Notes: generated from the sequence alone by a model not told the origin. Positions 1 to 9,503 are shown, counted from the first letter of the stretch. The stretch is DNA of 64,000 bases from Candidatus Binatia bacterium (GCA_963666515.2 OY762897.2:640001-704000); one strand, 5' to 3'. Made by a program: numbers and translations.

Positions 1-338
1 GCGCCGTGGGCTTCCAGCTTCTCGTAGATATGGTCGTACTCATCGACGGAGCCGACGCTCATGGCAAGATGTGCGCCCTTGTAGCGCAGCCCGCCGCCGG
101 GGTCCGGGACGTTGTTGGAGTCGGGTCCGGAGAAGCGGGAGCGTTGGGAAAGCTCGTCGACCTTCTCCAGGAACAGGAGCTGGCCCGAGCCGTTCCTGAG
201 GATCAGCCGGCCGTTGCCCAGTTCGCCGGAGTCGCGGCAAAGGACCTCCATCCCGAGGGCACCGGCGTAGAAACGCTCGGCCGCTTCCATGTCCGTGACC
301 TCCATGGCGAGATGGCTGATGTCTTCGTACCGGATCAC
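1..338 (-). CDS. VOC/glyoxalase family protein, partial (runs off the window start; not in the ORF track)
   Basis: Manual translation from GTG at 338 (GTGA overlap with the upstream stop): MIRYEDISHLAMEVTDMEAAERFYAGALGMEV...GQLLFLEKV...GAHLAMSV, a typical VOC pattern. Confidence 0.8.
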   Translation of the reverse strand, partial: MIRYEDISHLAMEVTDMEAAERFYAGALGMEVLCRDSGELGNGRLILRNGSGQLLFLEKVDELSQRSRFSGPDSNNVPDPGGGLRYKGAHLAMSVGSVDEYDHIYEKLEAHG

Positions 339-757
339 GACGGCGCCCCTTCCTTGCGCACGGAGAACTCCAGAATGTTGTCGTCCGCGTCGCGCACTCT
401 GATGGTACGGTCCAGCGGCACCTCCGGCGGATACGTCATCGGCCCTTCGTAGGGAATCTCGCTCGCGCGCAACTGCTCCAGCAACTCGTCCATGGCGGCC
501 TCGGTGAGCGAGAAGCCGATGCGCGGCATGGCGGCCTTGCCTTGCGGCGCCAGCGGCTCCTGCGCCAGGCAGATCTCGAACCGATGCCCGCCCATCTCCA
601 CGAAGGACATCACCGGAAACCCCTTGTAGAGCCGGTGCGTATTGAGGTTCTGGATGCGCAACGGCTTGGCTCCCAACAGGTCCTCATAGAACCGATGTGC
701 CCGGGGAATGTCCTCCACCACGAACCCGCAGTGATCGAAGGTCTGAATCTGCGCCAT
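335..757 (-). CDS. VOC/glyoxalase family protein
   Basis: DHCGFVVEDIPRAHRFYEDLLG...RDADDNILEF; GAGGAG RBS before ATG 757. Confidence 0.85.
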   Translation of the reverse strand: MAQIQTFDHCGFVVEDIPRAHRFYEDLLGAKPLRIQNLNTHRLYKGFPVMSFVEMGGHRFEICLAQEPLAPQGKAAMPRIGFSLTEAAMDELLEQLRASEIPYEGPMTYPPEVPLDRTIRVRDADDNILEFSVRKEGAPS

Positions 758-783
758 GTTGTCTTCGCTCCTCCCGCGCTTCT

Positions 784-1893
784 TCACCACAGGGTGCCGG
801 AGCCGTGGGCGTTGTGGGAGACCGGGGCGAGCACCTGGTAGGGGTCGCCGTAGGCAGACGCTGCTTCCAGCACGTCAGGGTGGTGCAGGAGCGAGCGGTC
901 GAGCATGCCTTGCTCGTGCACGATGAGGCGGTCGTCGATGTACAGCCGCGCGTTCATCACCGAGCCGTCCACGTGGCGGAAGTCCGGGTTCTTGCGGTCC
1001 GTGCCCAGGCCCACCCACGGCATCTTGCTGATCAGCTCCCAGTGCATGGGGTCGGCGATGCCGTGCTGGATGGACGCCTTCGGGTGGTAACCGAACATGA
1101 TCTCCACCAGCCGGTTGGAGCCCGGCACGTTCTTGAAGAGTTGCCGGCACTCCTCGGCCAGTTCGCCGCCCTCCGCTTCCACCACCTCGCTGTCCTTCAC
1201 CACCCACTTCATGGGCGCGGGCAGCTCGCCGGCCACCCCCTGCACGCAGCTCAGGTAGACCTCGCCGTCGGCCTTGCCGCTGCCGTTGAACACGCCGCAA
1301 CGGCCCCACGGGAAGTGGCAGCGCCCCGGAGGGTCGCCGGCCCGGAACTGCATGCCGTAGAGCCTGGTGCCGTCGTAGGAGGCGGTGAGATGGCTGCCGA
1401 GGTCGTCCTCGATGCGCACCACCTTGCCCGCGGCCACCACCTCCCGGACCTTCTCCGCGAGCTTCCACAGCACGGGATTGGGGAAGCGCGCGTAGTCTCG
1501 CGCCAGCAGTCCCGGGGTGCCCTCGAAGTAGATGAAGTAGGGCTTCATGCGCTGCTCCTGGAGCTGCGTGCCGCTCTCCTCGCGCTTGCGTCCCAGCACA
1601 CGGTGGTCCGGTGTGAAGGTGATGAACACGGGCCACACCCAGATCACCACGTCACAGGCGTGCATGGCGTCGAGCACCGCCTGGGGTACTCGCCCGTACC
1701 GCGAGATGGGCTCGGTGATGAGCGACATGGGCTCGGCCCCCATGAACTTGAGCCCGGCGGTGATGGCTTCCATGGAGGCGGCGTCGCTACGGCGGTCCGC
1801 CAAGAGCAGCACCTGGTCGCCGGGGCGGATGTCCGACGCCTGGATCATGTTCTTGACGCCGTCCATCATGTCCGCGATGTCATAGTCGATCAT
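784..1893 (-). CDS. M29 aminopeptidase / NicX (2,5-dihydroxypyridine dioxygenase)-like protein
   Basis: IRPGDQVLLLAD N-terminus, LVEIMFGYHPKA, C-terminal RHVDG(S)VMNARLYID; several M29 ligand positions altered. Confidence 0.6.
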   Translation of the reverse strand: MIDYDIADMMDGVKNMIQASDIRPGDQVLLLADRRSDAASMEAITAGLKFMGAEPMSLITEPISRYGRVPQAVLDAMHACDVVIWVWPVFITFTPDHRVLGRKREESGTQLQEQRMKPYFIYFEGTPGLLARDYARFPNPVLWKLAEKVREVVAAGKVVRIEDDLGSHLTASYDGTRLYGMQFRAGDPPGRCHFPWGRCGVFNGSGKADGEVYLSCVQGVAGELPAPMKWVVKDSEVVEAEGGELAEECRQLFKNVPGSNRLVEIMFGYHPKASIQHGIADPMHWELISKMPWVGLGTDRKNPDFRHVDGSVMNARLYIDDRLIVHEQGMLDRSLLHHPDVLEAASAYGDPYQVLAPVSHNAHGSGTLW

Positions 1894-1903
1894 GTCCGTG
1901 TCC

Positions 1904-2761
1904 TCAGTGCGGGTGCCCTCTGTTCTCGCCCACCTGCAGGCGGTTGCCGAAGGGGTCGTAGAAGTAAACCGTCTGCATGTCCGGCTCGTGCCAGGGGATG
2001 CGGTCGCCGAACGGCCCCCAGTAGCGCTCGACGTTGGTGAGCCGCGACACGAACTCGTCGTAGTCGCCGATGGCCACCTTCACGTCCACGTGGGGACCGC
2101 GCGAGTAGTGGCTCCGCTGGGTCATCTCCGGCACCTGGCGCAGGATGAAAAGTTGCCCGGTCTCGGCGATGGCCAGCGTCAACTGGCCGTCGCCCGGCAC
2201 CTGGTCCGCGTCCACCAGTCCCAGGATGTTCCGGTACCAGTCCTCCGCCTGTGCAAGATCGGTCACCTCCAGGCGCACGTGGCTGAGGCGGCACAAGCCC
2301 AGGTAGCCCTGGCCCGGGTCGGAGCAGCGCTGGTCCTCCCGCCGTACCGACAGTTCGAAGACGTACTCGCCCGGCTCCATAAGCCAGAGGGAACCGGCGA
2401 TGGGGCTCGACGCCGGGTATTCCACCGGGCCTTCGACGGGCACGTTGTGTTCGCGCAGAAGGTCCGCCGCTTCCTCAACGCTTCGTTCGTTCAACTCCAG
2501 TCCCCATACCGGCCCTTCCATGGGGCGGACGGGCTTGGGAATGGGCTGCCCCTGGAGCGCGTAGCCGAAGCCGTGGTGGTTGGCCAGCTTGAAGAACGCC
2601 ATTTCCGGGACTTCCCGGTTGAGCCCCCGCAGGTTGGCGTTCACCAGCCGGCGGAAGTCGGCGCCCAGGACCTGGGTGAGGAAGACGATGGATAGCCCCA
2701 GGTCGTTGGTGGCCACCACGCCGTGATCGAGCCGGACAACCGGAGCGCCGTTCGTGCTCAT
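1904..2761 (-). CDS. two-domain VOC family protein
   Basis: Two VOC modules: LDHGVVATNDL...VFELS and LSHVRLEVTDL...FYDPFGNRLQV; start taken at the second Met (GGAG RBS). Confidence 0.85.
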   Translation of the reverse strand: MSTNGAPVVRLDHGVVATNDLGLSIVFLTQVLGADFRRLVNANLRGLNREVPEMAFFKLANHHGFGYALQGQPIPKPVRPMEGPVWGLELNERSVEEAADLLREHNVPVEGPVEYPASSPIAGSLWLMEPGEYVFELSVRREDQRCSDPGQGYLGLCRLSHVRLEVTDLAQAEDWYRNILGLVDADQVPGDGQLTLAIAETGQLFILRQVPEMTQRSHYSRGPHVDVKVAIGDYDEFVSRLTNVERYWGPFGDRIPWHEPDMQTVYFYDPFGNRLQVGENRGHPH

Positions 2762-2788
2762 GGCTCCATCCTCCTTTGTCATCGCGCC

Positions 2789-3616
2789 CTACGGCCGCGC
2801 GTACTTGTCCTTGCGCGGTCCCTCGGCCGTGTGCGCCGCCCGCGCCCACTCCGGCCGGTAGCCGTCCTCGGTGACCGCGGCGGTGGTGTAGCCGCCGTCC
2901 ACGTACAAACTCTCGCCGGCGACGAAGTCGGACTCGTCGCTGGCCAGGAAGATGGCGCCGCCGACGAGGTCTTCGGGCTTGCCCAGCCGCCCGAAAGGGA
3001 TACGGCGGCGCCTCTCGGCCCGCTCCACCTCGTGAGGGTAGGGGATGGACTCCATGCCGCCGTGCACCAGACAGTTCACGTTGACGCCGTAGTACCCCAG
3101 GGCTTGGGCGATGGCGCGGGTCATGGCGTCCACGCCCGATCGCGTGGTGCACCACGCCGCGGCCTCGCCGGAACCCAGCCGGCCGACGATGGAGGACAGG
3201 TTCACGATTTTGCCGCCGCGGCCCTGTTCGGCCATCTGCCGGCCCACGGCCTGGCACGTGAGGAAAAAAGCCTTGAGCCCCACCGCCAGCGCGTGGTCGA
3301 AGTCCTCTTCCTTGAAGGTCAGGAACGCTTGGTTGTGTGCCGTCCCCGTGCCGTTGAACAGGATGTCGATGCCGCCGAACTCCGCCACCACCCGGCCGAC
3401 CATCGCCTCCACCGCCGCCTTGTCGGTGACGTCCACCTGCAAGGCTAGTGACTTTCTTCCCAGTTCCCTGACCTGCGCGGCCACGGCCTCGGCCTTGTCT
3501 CCGTCCTCGTCCACGGTGGCGACGTGGGCGCCCTCCCGGGCGTAGGCCAGCGCCACGAGGCCGCCGATACGGCCGCCGACTCCGGTTACCACCGCGATCT
3601 TGTCTTCAAGTCTCAT
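2789..3616 (-). CDS. SDR-family oxidoreductase-like protein (atypical, WxxxR)
   Basis: IAVVTGVGGRIG, IDILFN, KIVNLSS, LYVDGG; catalytic position reads WCTTR. Confidence 0.85.
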   Translation of the reverse strand: MRLEDKIAVVTGVGGRIGGLVALAYAREGAHVATVDEDGDKAEAVAAQVRELGRKSLALQVDVTDKAAVEAMVGRVVAEFGGIDILFNGTGTAHNQAFLTFKEEDFDHALAVGLKAFFLTCQAVGRQMAEQGRGGKIVNLSSIVGRLGSGEAAAWCTTRSGVDAMTRAIAQALGYYGVNVNCLVHGGMESIPYPHEVERAERRRRIPFGRLGKPEDLVGGAIFLASDESDFVAGESLYVDGGYTTAAVTEDGYRPEWARAAHTAEGPRKDKYARP

Positions 3617-3632
3617 TCCATAACTCCCCGCG

Positions 3633-4436
3633 TCAGTGCTCCCGAGGGTCCCATCCCTGCGCGCCCGCCTTGGCCCACTCCGGACGGAAGCGGTCGTCAG
3701 TCACCGCGGCCACGGTATAGCCGCCGTCCACGTAGAGCACCGTGCCGGTGACGTAGGCGGCGTCGTCCGAGGCCAGGAACACGGTGGGCGGCCCCATGTC
3801 CTCCGGGTACTCGGTGCGTCCCAGCGGCAGGCGCCGGAGCCGCTCCAGCACCCCTTCCGAGTAGGGCGGGCGCTGGGTGTTGCCGCGCGCCACACCGTTG
3901 ACGTTGATGCCCCAGAAGCCCAGGGCGTGGGCCATGGAACGAGTGAGCCCATCCACCGCGCCGCGGTCCGCGGCCCAGTCCACGGCCTGTCCGGGCCCCA
4001 GCTTGGCCACGATGGAGGTGAGGTTGACGATCTTGCCGTAGCGCCGCTTGATCATCTCGTTGGCCGCGGCCTGTCCCGTGAGGAAGTAGGGCTTGACCCC
4101 CCGCGCCAGCGTGTCGTCGAAGTCCTCCTCCCTGAAGTTCAGGAATTCCTGGTGATGCGGGCGCGCGGTGGCGTTGACCAGGATGTCGAGGCGTCCGTAG
4201 GTCTCCACTGTACGCCGCACCATCGCTTCGACTTCCTCCTTCTCGCGCAGATCGACCCCCAGGGCCAGTGAATTGCGGCCTGCCGAGCGCACGCGCTCCG
4301 CGGCAACGTCCGCGTCTTCCTGCTTCCAGTCGGCGCACACCACGTCGGCGCCTTCGGCGGCGAACGCCTTGCTGATGATGCTGCCGAATTCGGCGTTGGC
4401 CCCGGTGACGATGGCGATCTTGTCTTTCAGACGCAT
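3633..4436 (-). CDS. SDR-family oxidoreductase-like protein (atypical, WxxxR)
   Basis: IAIVTGANAEFG, LDILVN, KIVNLTS, LYVDGG; catalytic position reads WAADR; clear paralogue of 2789-3616. Confidence 0.85.
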   Translation of the reverse strand: MRLKDKIAIVTGANAEFGSIISKAFAAEGADVVCADWKQEDADVAAERVRSAGRNSLALGVDLREKEEVEAMVRRTVETYGRLDILVNATARPHHQEFLNFREEDFDDTLARGVKPYFLTGQAAANEMIKRRYGKIVNLTSIVAKLGPGQAVDWAADRGAVDGLTRSMAHALGFWGINVNGVARGNTQRPPYSEGVLERLRRLPLGRTEYPEDMGPPTVFLASDDAAYVTGTVLYVDGGYTVAAVTDDRFRPEWAKAGAQGWDPREH

Positions 4437-4722
4437 GCAAGTCTCCCAACGAGTCAAGGTTACGGTCGCTCACGCCGGAGAGCGCACCCGCAGGCGGACT
4501 CTCCAGTTGCAGTTACATCTGCACATACTGCGTTGCACGCTGCCGGTCAAATCCCCGCACGGGGGTCCGCGATGGCCTGGCCCGAATGTTGCCAACCGCG
4601 TGTTCCGTGGTGTATCGTCCATGCGGAATTGACCGGGGCATCCGTTGCTCGCGCACCGTTCAAGCAATGAGAAGGGAGACCGCCCGCGCACCCCTGCGGC
4701 AACCCCTCCCGGGAGGACATCC

Positions 4723-5856
4723 ATGGCCACCAAGGAACAGATCGAAGCCGCCGAGAAGAAGGTCTATTCGCAGCAGGACATCGGCGAGTTCATGACTACG
4801 TGGAAGGACTTCCCCAGGCCGGGACTGGCCGCGTGGTCGGAGCGGAAGAAGGCCGGCCTGATGAACACGGCCCGGAGCACCCGCTACACGCCCAAGTTCC
4901 GTCCGTTCGACATGCTCAGCGTCCCCAACCAGTCGCTGGTGTTCCTGGAGAACGAGAACCACCGGATCGGCGCGGAATGCGTGGTAGGGGTCCAGGACGC
5001 GTTCCACCGCTACGTCGACTGCGACATGGTCTACTTCCAGTTCTGCGGCAACACCACGGTGGAGACGGAGTTCGGCGTCTACGAGATGGAGCCGGGCGAG
5101 GTCATGCTGGTTCCCGGCGGCATCTCCCATCGCTCCATCGGGCGCAACGACAGCCTGCGCTACTTCTGCATCAACCGCGAGGCCGTGGACTACGTCCTGG
5201 ACGAAGAGAAGTACACGAGCCACCAGTCCTTCGTCGTGAAACGGCACGGCGGCCCCAACTGGAGCGGCCTGGAGACCCCCAACGAAGACGCCCGCGGCCG
5301 CGTCACGGAGAAGATGCACTTCTGGGACGACGAGCCCGACGACTCCACGGTGGTGGAGCGCGATTACGACTCCCTGGTGGGCGTGTCCACGCTCAAGCCC
5401 AAACAGCAGGAGAGCGGCATCCGCAAGCTGCGCGCCTTCGACCACTTCACCATGGTGCTGGGAAAGGCCGGCGGCGAGGCCGGGCTGCTGGCGCTGATGG
5501 AGTCCCAGAGCATGCGCGTGCGCACCTACAACATGCAGGACGAGCAGTTCGCCTTCCACCGCGCGCTCCAGAGCGAGGAGGTGCGCATCCAGTTCCGCGG
5601 CGACGCCCTGGACCTGTCGGAATTCGAGAACGTGGCGGTGGTGCCGGGTGAGATCACCATCATCCCGCTGGGCATCTCCCACAGCGTCATCAGCGTGCCG
5701 CCGGACGGCCAGGACTTCCTGCGCCTCAACTTCTACAGCAAGCTCCGCTGGCGCGTGCCCATCGACCCCACTCGCCACGTCTACGACAGCACGTTCACGG
5801 TGGAGACCACGGTCCACAAGGAAGCCGACTGGTGGAAGACCGCGGCCAACGGCTGA
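4723..5856 (+). CDS. homogentisate 1,2-dioxygenase-like bicupin
   Basis: FHRYVDCDMVYFQFCG..VETEFG..PGEVMLVPGGISH and a second cupin FHRALQSEE..PLGISH; GGAGG RBS. Confidence 0.7.
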   Translation: MATKEQIEAAEKKVYSQQDIGEFMTTWKDFPRPGLAAWSERKKAGLMNTARSTRYTPKFRPFDMLSVPNQSLVFLENENHRIGAECVVGVQDAFHRYVDCDMVYFQFCGNTTVETEFGVYEMEPGEVMLVPGGISHRSIGRNDSLRYFCINREAVDYVLDEEKYTSHQSFVVKRHGGPNWSGLETPNEDARGRVTEKMHFWDDEPDDSTVVERDYDSLVGVSTLKPKQQESGIRKLRAFDHFTMVLGKAGGEAGLLALMESQSMRVRTYNMQDEQFAFHRALQSEEVRIQFRGDALDLSEFENVAVVPGEITIIPLGISHSVISVPPDGQDFLRLNFYSKLRWRVPIDPTRHVYDSTFTVETTVHKEADWWKTAANG

Positions 5857-5883
5857 GGCGCACGCGCGAAGGAGGAACACGAC

Positions 5884-6759
5884 ATGGCCATCAAGGAAAT
5901 CAATACCTATTCCTTTATCGGCAACCTCGGCGGCCACGAGCCCAAGCGTGAGTGGAAGGAGATCGACGAGGACAGGGACGTGATCAACTGCACCGAGACG
6001 TTCGAGCGCCCGTGTCTTTTGCTCAAGCCTCTGAGCGTGCTCACGACGTCCCTTCCAGGCGAGAACGGCGAAGAACGGCGCCTTCCGGTGCTGTCCAATG
6101 ACGATGTCAGCATCGAGCTTGTCACCGGCGCCTCCGCCGAGCCGGCCGCGGCTTCACGCGACCGGCACCTGGTGTGCGTCCAGGTAGGCGGCTCCGGCAC
6201 CGTGCCCACCGCGAAAGGGGACTTCGACTTGGCCCAAGGGGAAGTGCTGGCGCTCCCTCCGGGCGTGGCGCGCGCCAACCCCGCGGGCGGCACCCGGCTG
6301 GTGGTGTACACCGGCAAGCCCCTGCACGTGGCCAAGGGCTACCCGGCCAAGGACGAGCGCACCACCGCGGCGGAATGCCTGCTGCTCAAGCCCTCGGAGG
6401 TGCTGGATCAGGTGGAGGAAGGAGCGTCGGGCGGCCAGCACTTCGAGCTCATCGAAAACGAGGACCTGATGGTGGAGATGACCGTCCGGGCCGACTCCCA
6501 GCGCATCTACCACCGGGGCTTCAACCAGGACGAGGTGGCGTTCCAGTTGACCGGCCAGCGCGGCACCCGCACCACCCAGGGCGAGTTCATGCTCGACACC
6601 GGCGACATGCTGTGGATTCCGCCCGGCTGCTCGCACCGCAACATCGGCGACATGCTCACCACGCGCATCATCCTGTACACCCGAAACCCGCTGACGCTGT
6701 CGCAGGAATACACCAACCGCGCGGAGCAGGTGGCTCAGGCTGCGTCGGGCACTGCATAG
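5884..6759 (+). CDS. homogentisate-dioxygenase-like bicupin (N-terminal cupin degenerate)
   Basis: YHRGFNQDEVAFQLTG..TTQGEF..GDMLWIPPGCSHRN; AAGGAGGA RBS. Confidence 0.65.
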   Translation: MAIKEINTYSFIGNLGGHEPKREWKEIDEDRDVINCTETFERPCLLLKPLSVLTTSLPGENGEERRLPVLSNDDVSIELVTGASAEPAAASRDRHLVCVQVGGSGTVPTAKGDFDLAQGEVLALPPGVARANPAGGTRLVVYTGKPLHVAKGYPAKDERTTAAECLLLKPSEVLDQVEEGASGGQHFELIENEDLMVEMTVRADSQRIYHRGFNQDEVAFQLTGQRGTRTTQGEFMLDTGDMLWIPPGCSHRNIGDMLTTRIILYTRNPLTLSQEYTNRAEQVAQAASGTA

Positions 6760-6875
6760 ACGGCTTCCGTCAAGAACATCTTGGCGTATCGTGGCGCAAG
6801 TTCAGGTGTTTGCCCGTACCAAGCCAACGGTCAGCCTCGTGCCGGTCGCTTCGGCGTAGCGACGCAAGGTGTGTA

Positions 6876-7517
6876 TCAATCCGGCGCGACAGTGTCGCCC
6901 GTGTAAAAGGCCGCCGTACGCTGCGCGGCTGCGCGAGCAACGTCGGGGTCCGTTCCCGCTGTCTTGGCCGCCCGGCCCCACGCCGCGCTGCTTCCGACGA
7001 GGAGCGCCTTTCCGTCACGCATCGTGTGGAACGTTGCGCCATCCAACTTGGGTTCGTTCGGCCGCGTGAGATGCAGTTCCATCCCCAGCAAGACCATCTC
7101 CCAACCTACGCCGACACCACCGGGACCGAACTTGTGCCATTGGTCCGACACCAGCGCGGTATGCGTGATCGCGAGGCGCGCGCGGCCAGCCCCCTCGTTT
7201 CCCAGACGCGCCTCCACCCAGCTCACGTCGCTGCCGAACTCCCACGTCAGCCCGAGATGCGAGGGAGGCTCGCAGTGCCTGATCGTGCCGCCTGCGTGTC
7301 CCTCCAGTTGGTAACGCCCGCCGAGTTCCAGGCGCCCGCTGACCGGCAGGAACCAGTACGGGATTCGTTCCGCGCTCGTCACGGCGTCCCAGAGGTCTTC
7401 CACTGTCGTCGCGTAGCTGCGGGCGAGGGTGACCGCGCGAGCGGCCTGTCCGTCGCGCTCCAGGGACGACACTGTGCGCTCCACCGCGCCGAGGAGGCGT
7501 TCGACATCCAGGTCCAT
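6876..7517 (-). CDS. SRPBCC/Aha1 (activator of Hsp90 ATPase homologue) domain protein
   Basis: RSYATTVEDLWDAVTSAERIPYWF..GGRYQLEG..CEPP..GVGWE. Confidence 0.85.
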   Translation of the reverse strand: MDLDVERLLGAVERTVSSLERDGQAARAVTLARSYATTVEDLWDAVTSAERIPYWFLPVSGRLELGGRYQLEGHAGGTIRHCEPPSHLGLTWEFGSDVSWVEARLGNEGAGRARLAITHTALVSDQWHKFGPGGVGVGWEMVLLGMELHLTRPNEPKLDGATFHTMRDGKALLVGSSAAWGRAAKTAGTDPDVARAAAQRTAAFYTGDTVAPD

Positions 7518-7719
7518 GGCTTCTCCGTTTCGTCAAGCAGGCGACTATTCAAGTGCATGCTACTGCATACAGTGAATCAAGCCGCGTGGACAATGGCTCG
7601 GACCGCCCGCAAGGTCGCAGACCGTCCGACAACAGCAAGTCGGAAGCCCGCCCAACGGGTTTGCAGCGCGCCCGCGCAGCGTTGGGCAGCAGCTCGGTTC
7701 CGGCGCGTGGTCTCACATC

Positions 7720-9465
7720 TCACGCCCCGCCCAGTTGCAGGGTGCGGCGGCCGAAAAAGAAGTACAGCACCACCAGTGGGACCATGAACGCCAACAGCAG
7801 CAGCGAGATCGCCGCCGCCACCGTGGATTCGCCACGGGTGACGAAGTTCAGCACCAGCGTGGGCAGGGTCTGATTGTCCTTGGCGGTCAGAAAGGCCGCC
7901 AGGGTCAGCTCCCGGTACGACAGCAGCGCGATCCAGATCCAGGCGTAGAGCGTCGCCGGCGCCAGCAGCGGCACCAGGATGCTCCGCAGCACCCCGAACG
8001 GCCCAAGTCCCGATACATAGGCGGCCTCGTCCAGCTCCTTGTGGATCTGCAGCAGGGCGTTGTTGTAGACCCGCGTGGGAAAGCTGATGCGGGCGATCAC
8101 GAACACCACCAGGATGATGTAGACGGTGTTGTAGAAGGGGATGGATTCCGGGACCCAGAACAGCGCGATGACCAGGATGGCCACGGAGAAGATGAGGTTG
8201 GGCACCGCGTGGGGCAGGAACGCGATCATGTCCACCAGCCACGCGTAGCGGAACCCGGAACGGATGACCACCCAGGAAATCGCCAGGCCGACGAACATCA
8301 GGATCGTGGGCACGGTCAGCGTCAGGATCGCCGTGTTCCTGGTGGCCATCCAGAAGATGTCCCAAGGGATCTGACGGAAGTTGTCCAGCGACACGAGGGC
8401 CAGCGCCTGCATGGAGAACGGCTGGTAGTAGGGCATCAGCGACGCCCACACCAGAGCCAGGAACGGGAACACCACCCCCAGCGTCAGCTTGATGCCGATG
8501 AACGCCCAGCCCGCGATCCACCACCGCCCCAGCGGGACGATGTTCGGGCGGTAGCTCTTGCCGGTGACCACCGTGTAGCGGTGGGAGCGGCTGATCACCT
8601 TCAGGTACCACCAGCTCAGCAGCAGCCCCACCACGATCATCAGCACGCTGGCGGCGCCGACGATGCTGAAGTTCGGCGGCCCTTCCTGCGGGTCCGCCTC
8701 GTTGAAGACGAACGTGCTGAAGGTGAAGATGCGGTTCGCCATGCCGATGATGGCGGGGACGTCGAAGGAGGCGAGGCCGATGGTGCCGATGTAGATGCCC
8801 GCGGCCAGGATGCCCGGCCACATGAGCGGCAGCGTCACGTGCCAGATGCGTTGTGAAAAGCTCAGCCCGTGGATCTGCGCGCTCTCTTCCAGAGCCGGGT
8901 CCATGGCGCGGAACGTCGCCGCCAGCATGATGAATGCCAGCGACGACAGCCCCAGTCCCGAGATGAACCCCATGCCCGACACCGACACGATGTTGATGGG
9001 CGGGGTGTCGATGAACGGGAGCAGGTCCATCAGCCAGTGGTTGACGGTGCCGATCCGTGGATGGAACATGAAGAGCCAGCCGAGGGCGCCGAAGGTGCCG
9101 GGGATGACCGCGCTGGCGGTCATCAGCGGGAAGACCAGGCTTTTGCCGGGAAGGTCGGTGCGCTCGGCGAGCCACGCGATGGGCACGGCGAGGACCAGGG
9201 CGACGAACACCGTCACCGCCGTGAAGACGGCCGTGTTGTAAAGCGCCCCGTAGACGAACGGATCCAGGTAGAGTTCACTGAAGTTGTTGAGGGTGTAGAT
9301 CGAGGAATCCAGCGGATCCTGGAACGCGATGTCCAGGATCACCGCCAGCAGGAGCAGGACCACCGACAGCACCGCGCCGGTGAACGCGATGAGCAGGAAG
9401 CGCGCGCCCAGGAAACGCCCCAGGCGCGCGCCCGCTGCTCGTTCCGCTGTTATGGTGGTGTCCAC
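7720..9465 (-). CDS. ABC transporter permease (FbpB/iron-thiamine type, two TMD repeats)
   Basis: Many hydrophobic segments; two EAA motifs (DPALEESAQIHG, HKELDEAAYVSG). Confidence 0.9.
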   Translation of the reverse strand: MDTTITAERAAGARLGRFLGARFLLIAFTGAVLSVVLLLLAVILDIAFQDPLDSSIYTLNNFSELYLDPFVYGALYNTAVFTAVTVFVALVLAVPIAWLAERTDLPGKSLVFPLMTASAVIPGTFGALGWLFMFHPRIGTVNHWLMDLLPFIDTPPINIVSVSGMGFISGLGLSSLAFIMLAATFRAMDPALEESAQIHGLSFSQRIWHVTLPLMWPGILAAGIYIGTIGLASFDVPAIIGMANRIFTFSTFVFNEADPQEGPPNFSIVGAASVLMIVVGLLLSWWYLKVISRSHRYTVVTGKSYRPNIVPLGRWWIAGWAFIGIKLTLGVVFPFLALVWASLMPYYQPFSMQALALVSLDNFRQIPWDIFWMATRNTAILTLTVPTILMFVGLAISWVVIRSGFRYAWLVDMIAFLPHAVPNLIFSVAILVIALFWVPESIPFYNTVYIILVVFVIARISFPTRVYNNALLQIHKELDEAAYVSGLGPFGVLRSILVPLLAPATLYAWIWIALLSYRELTLAAFLTAKDNQTLPTLVLNFVTRGESTVAAAISLLLLAFMVPLVVLYFFFGRRTLQLGGA

Positions 9466-9477
9466 AACGCCGGCCTC

Positions 9478-9503
9478 ATGGCGGTGCAGCGCCGCACCGC
9501 CAT
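9478..9503. terminator. intergenic stem-loop between SBP and permease (mRNA-stabilising hairpin or attenuator)
   Basis: ATGGCGGTGC-AGCGCC-GCACCGCCAT, 10-bp perfect stem. Confidence 0.5.

Noticed and set aside
5854-5886. The TGA stop of the first bicupin is in frame with the next bicupin (possible read-through or Sec)
   Set aside because: The second gene has its own strong AAGGAGGA RBS; no Cys-type motif or SECIS-like hairpin seen
6760-7719. SRPBCC gene with somewhat atypical flanks as a mobile insertion
   Set aside because: No terminal repeats, target duplication or transposase visible
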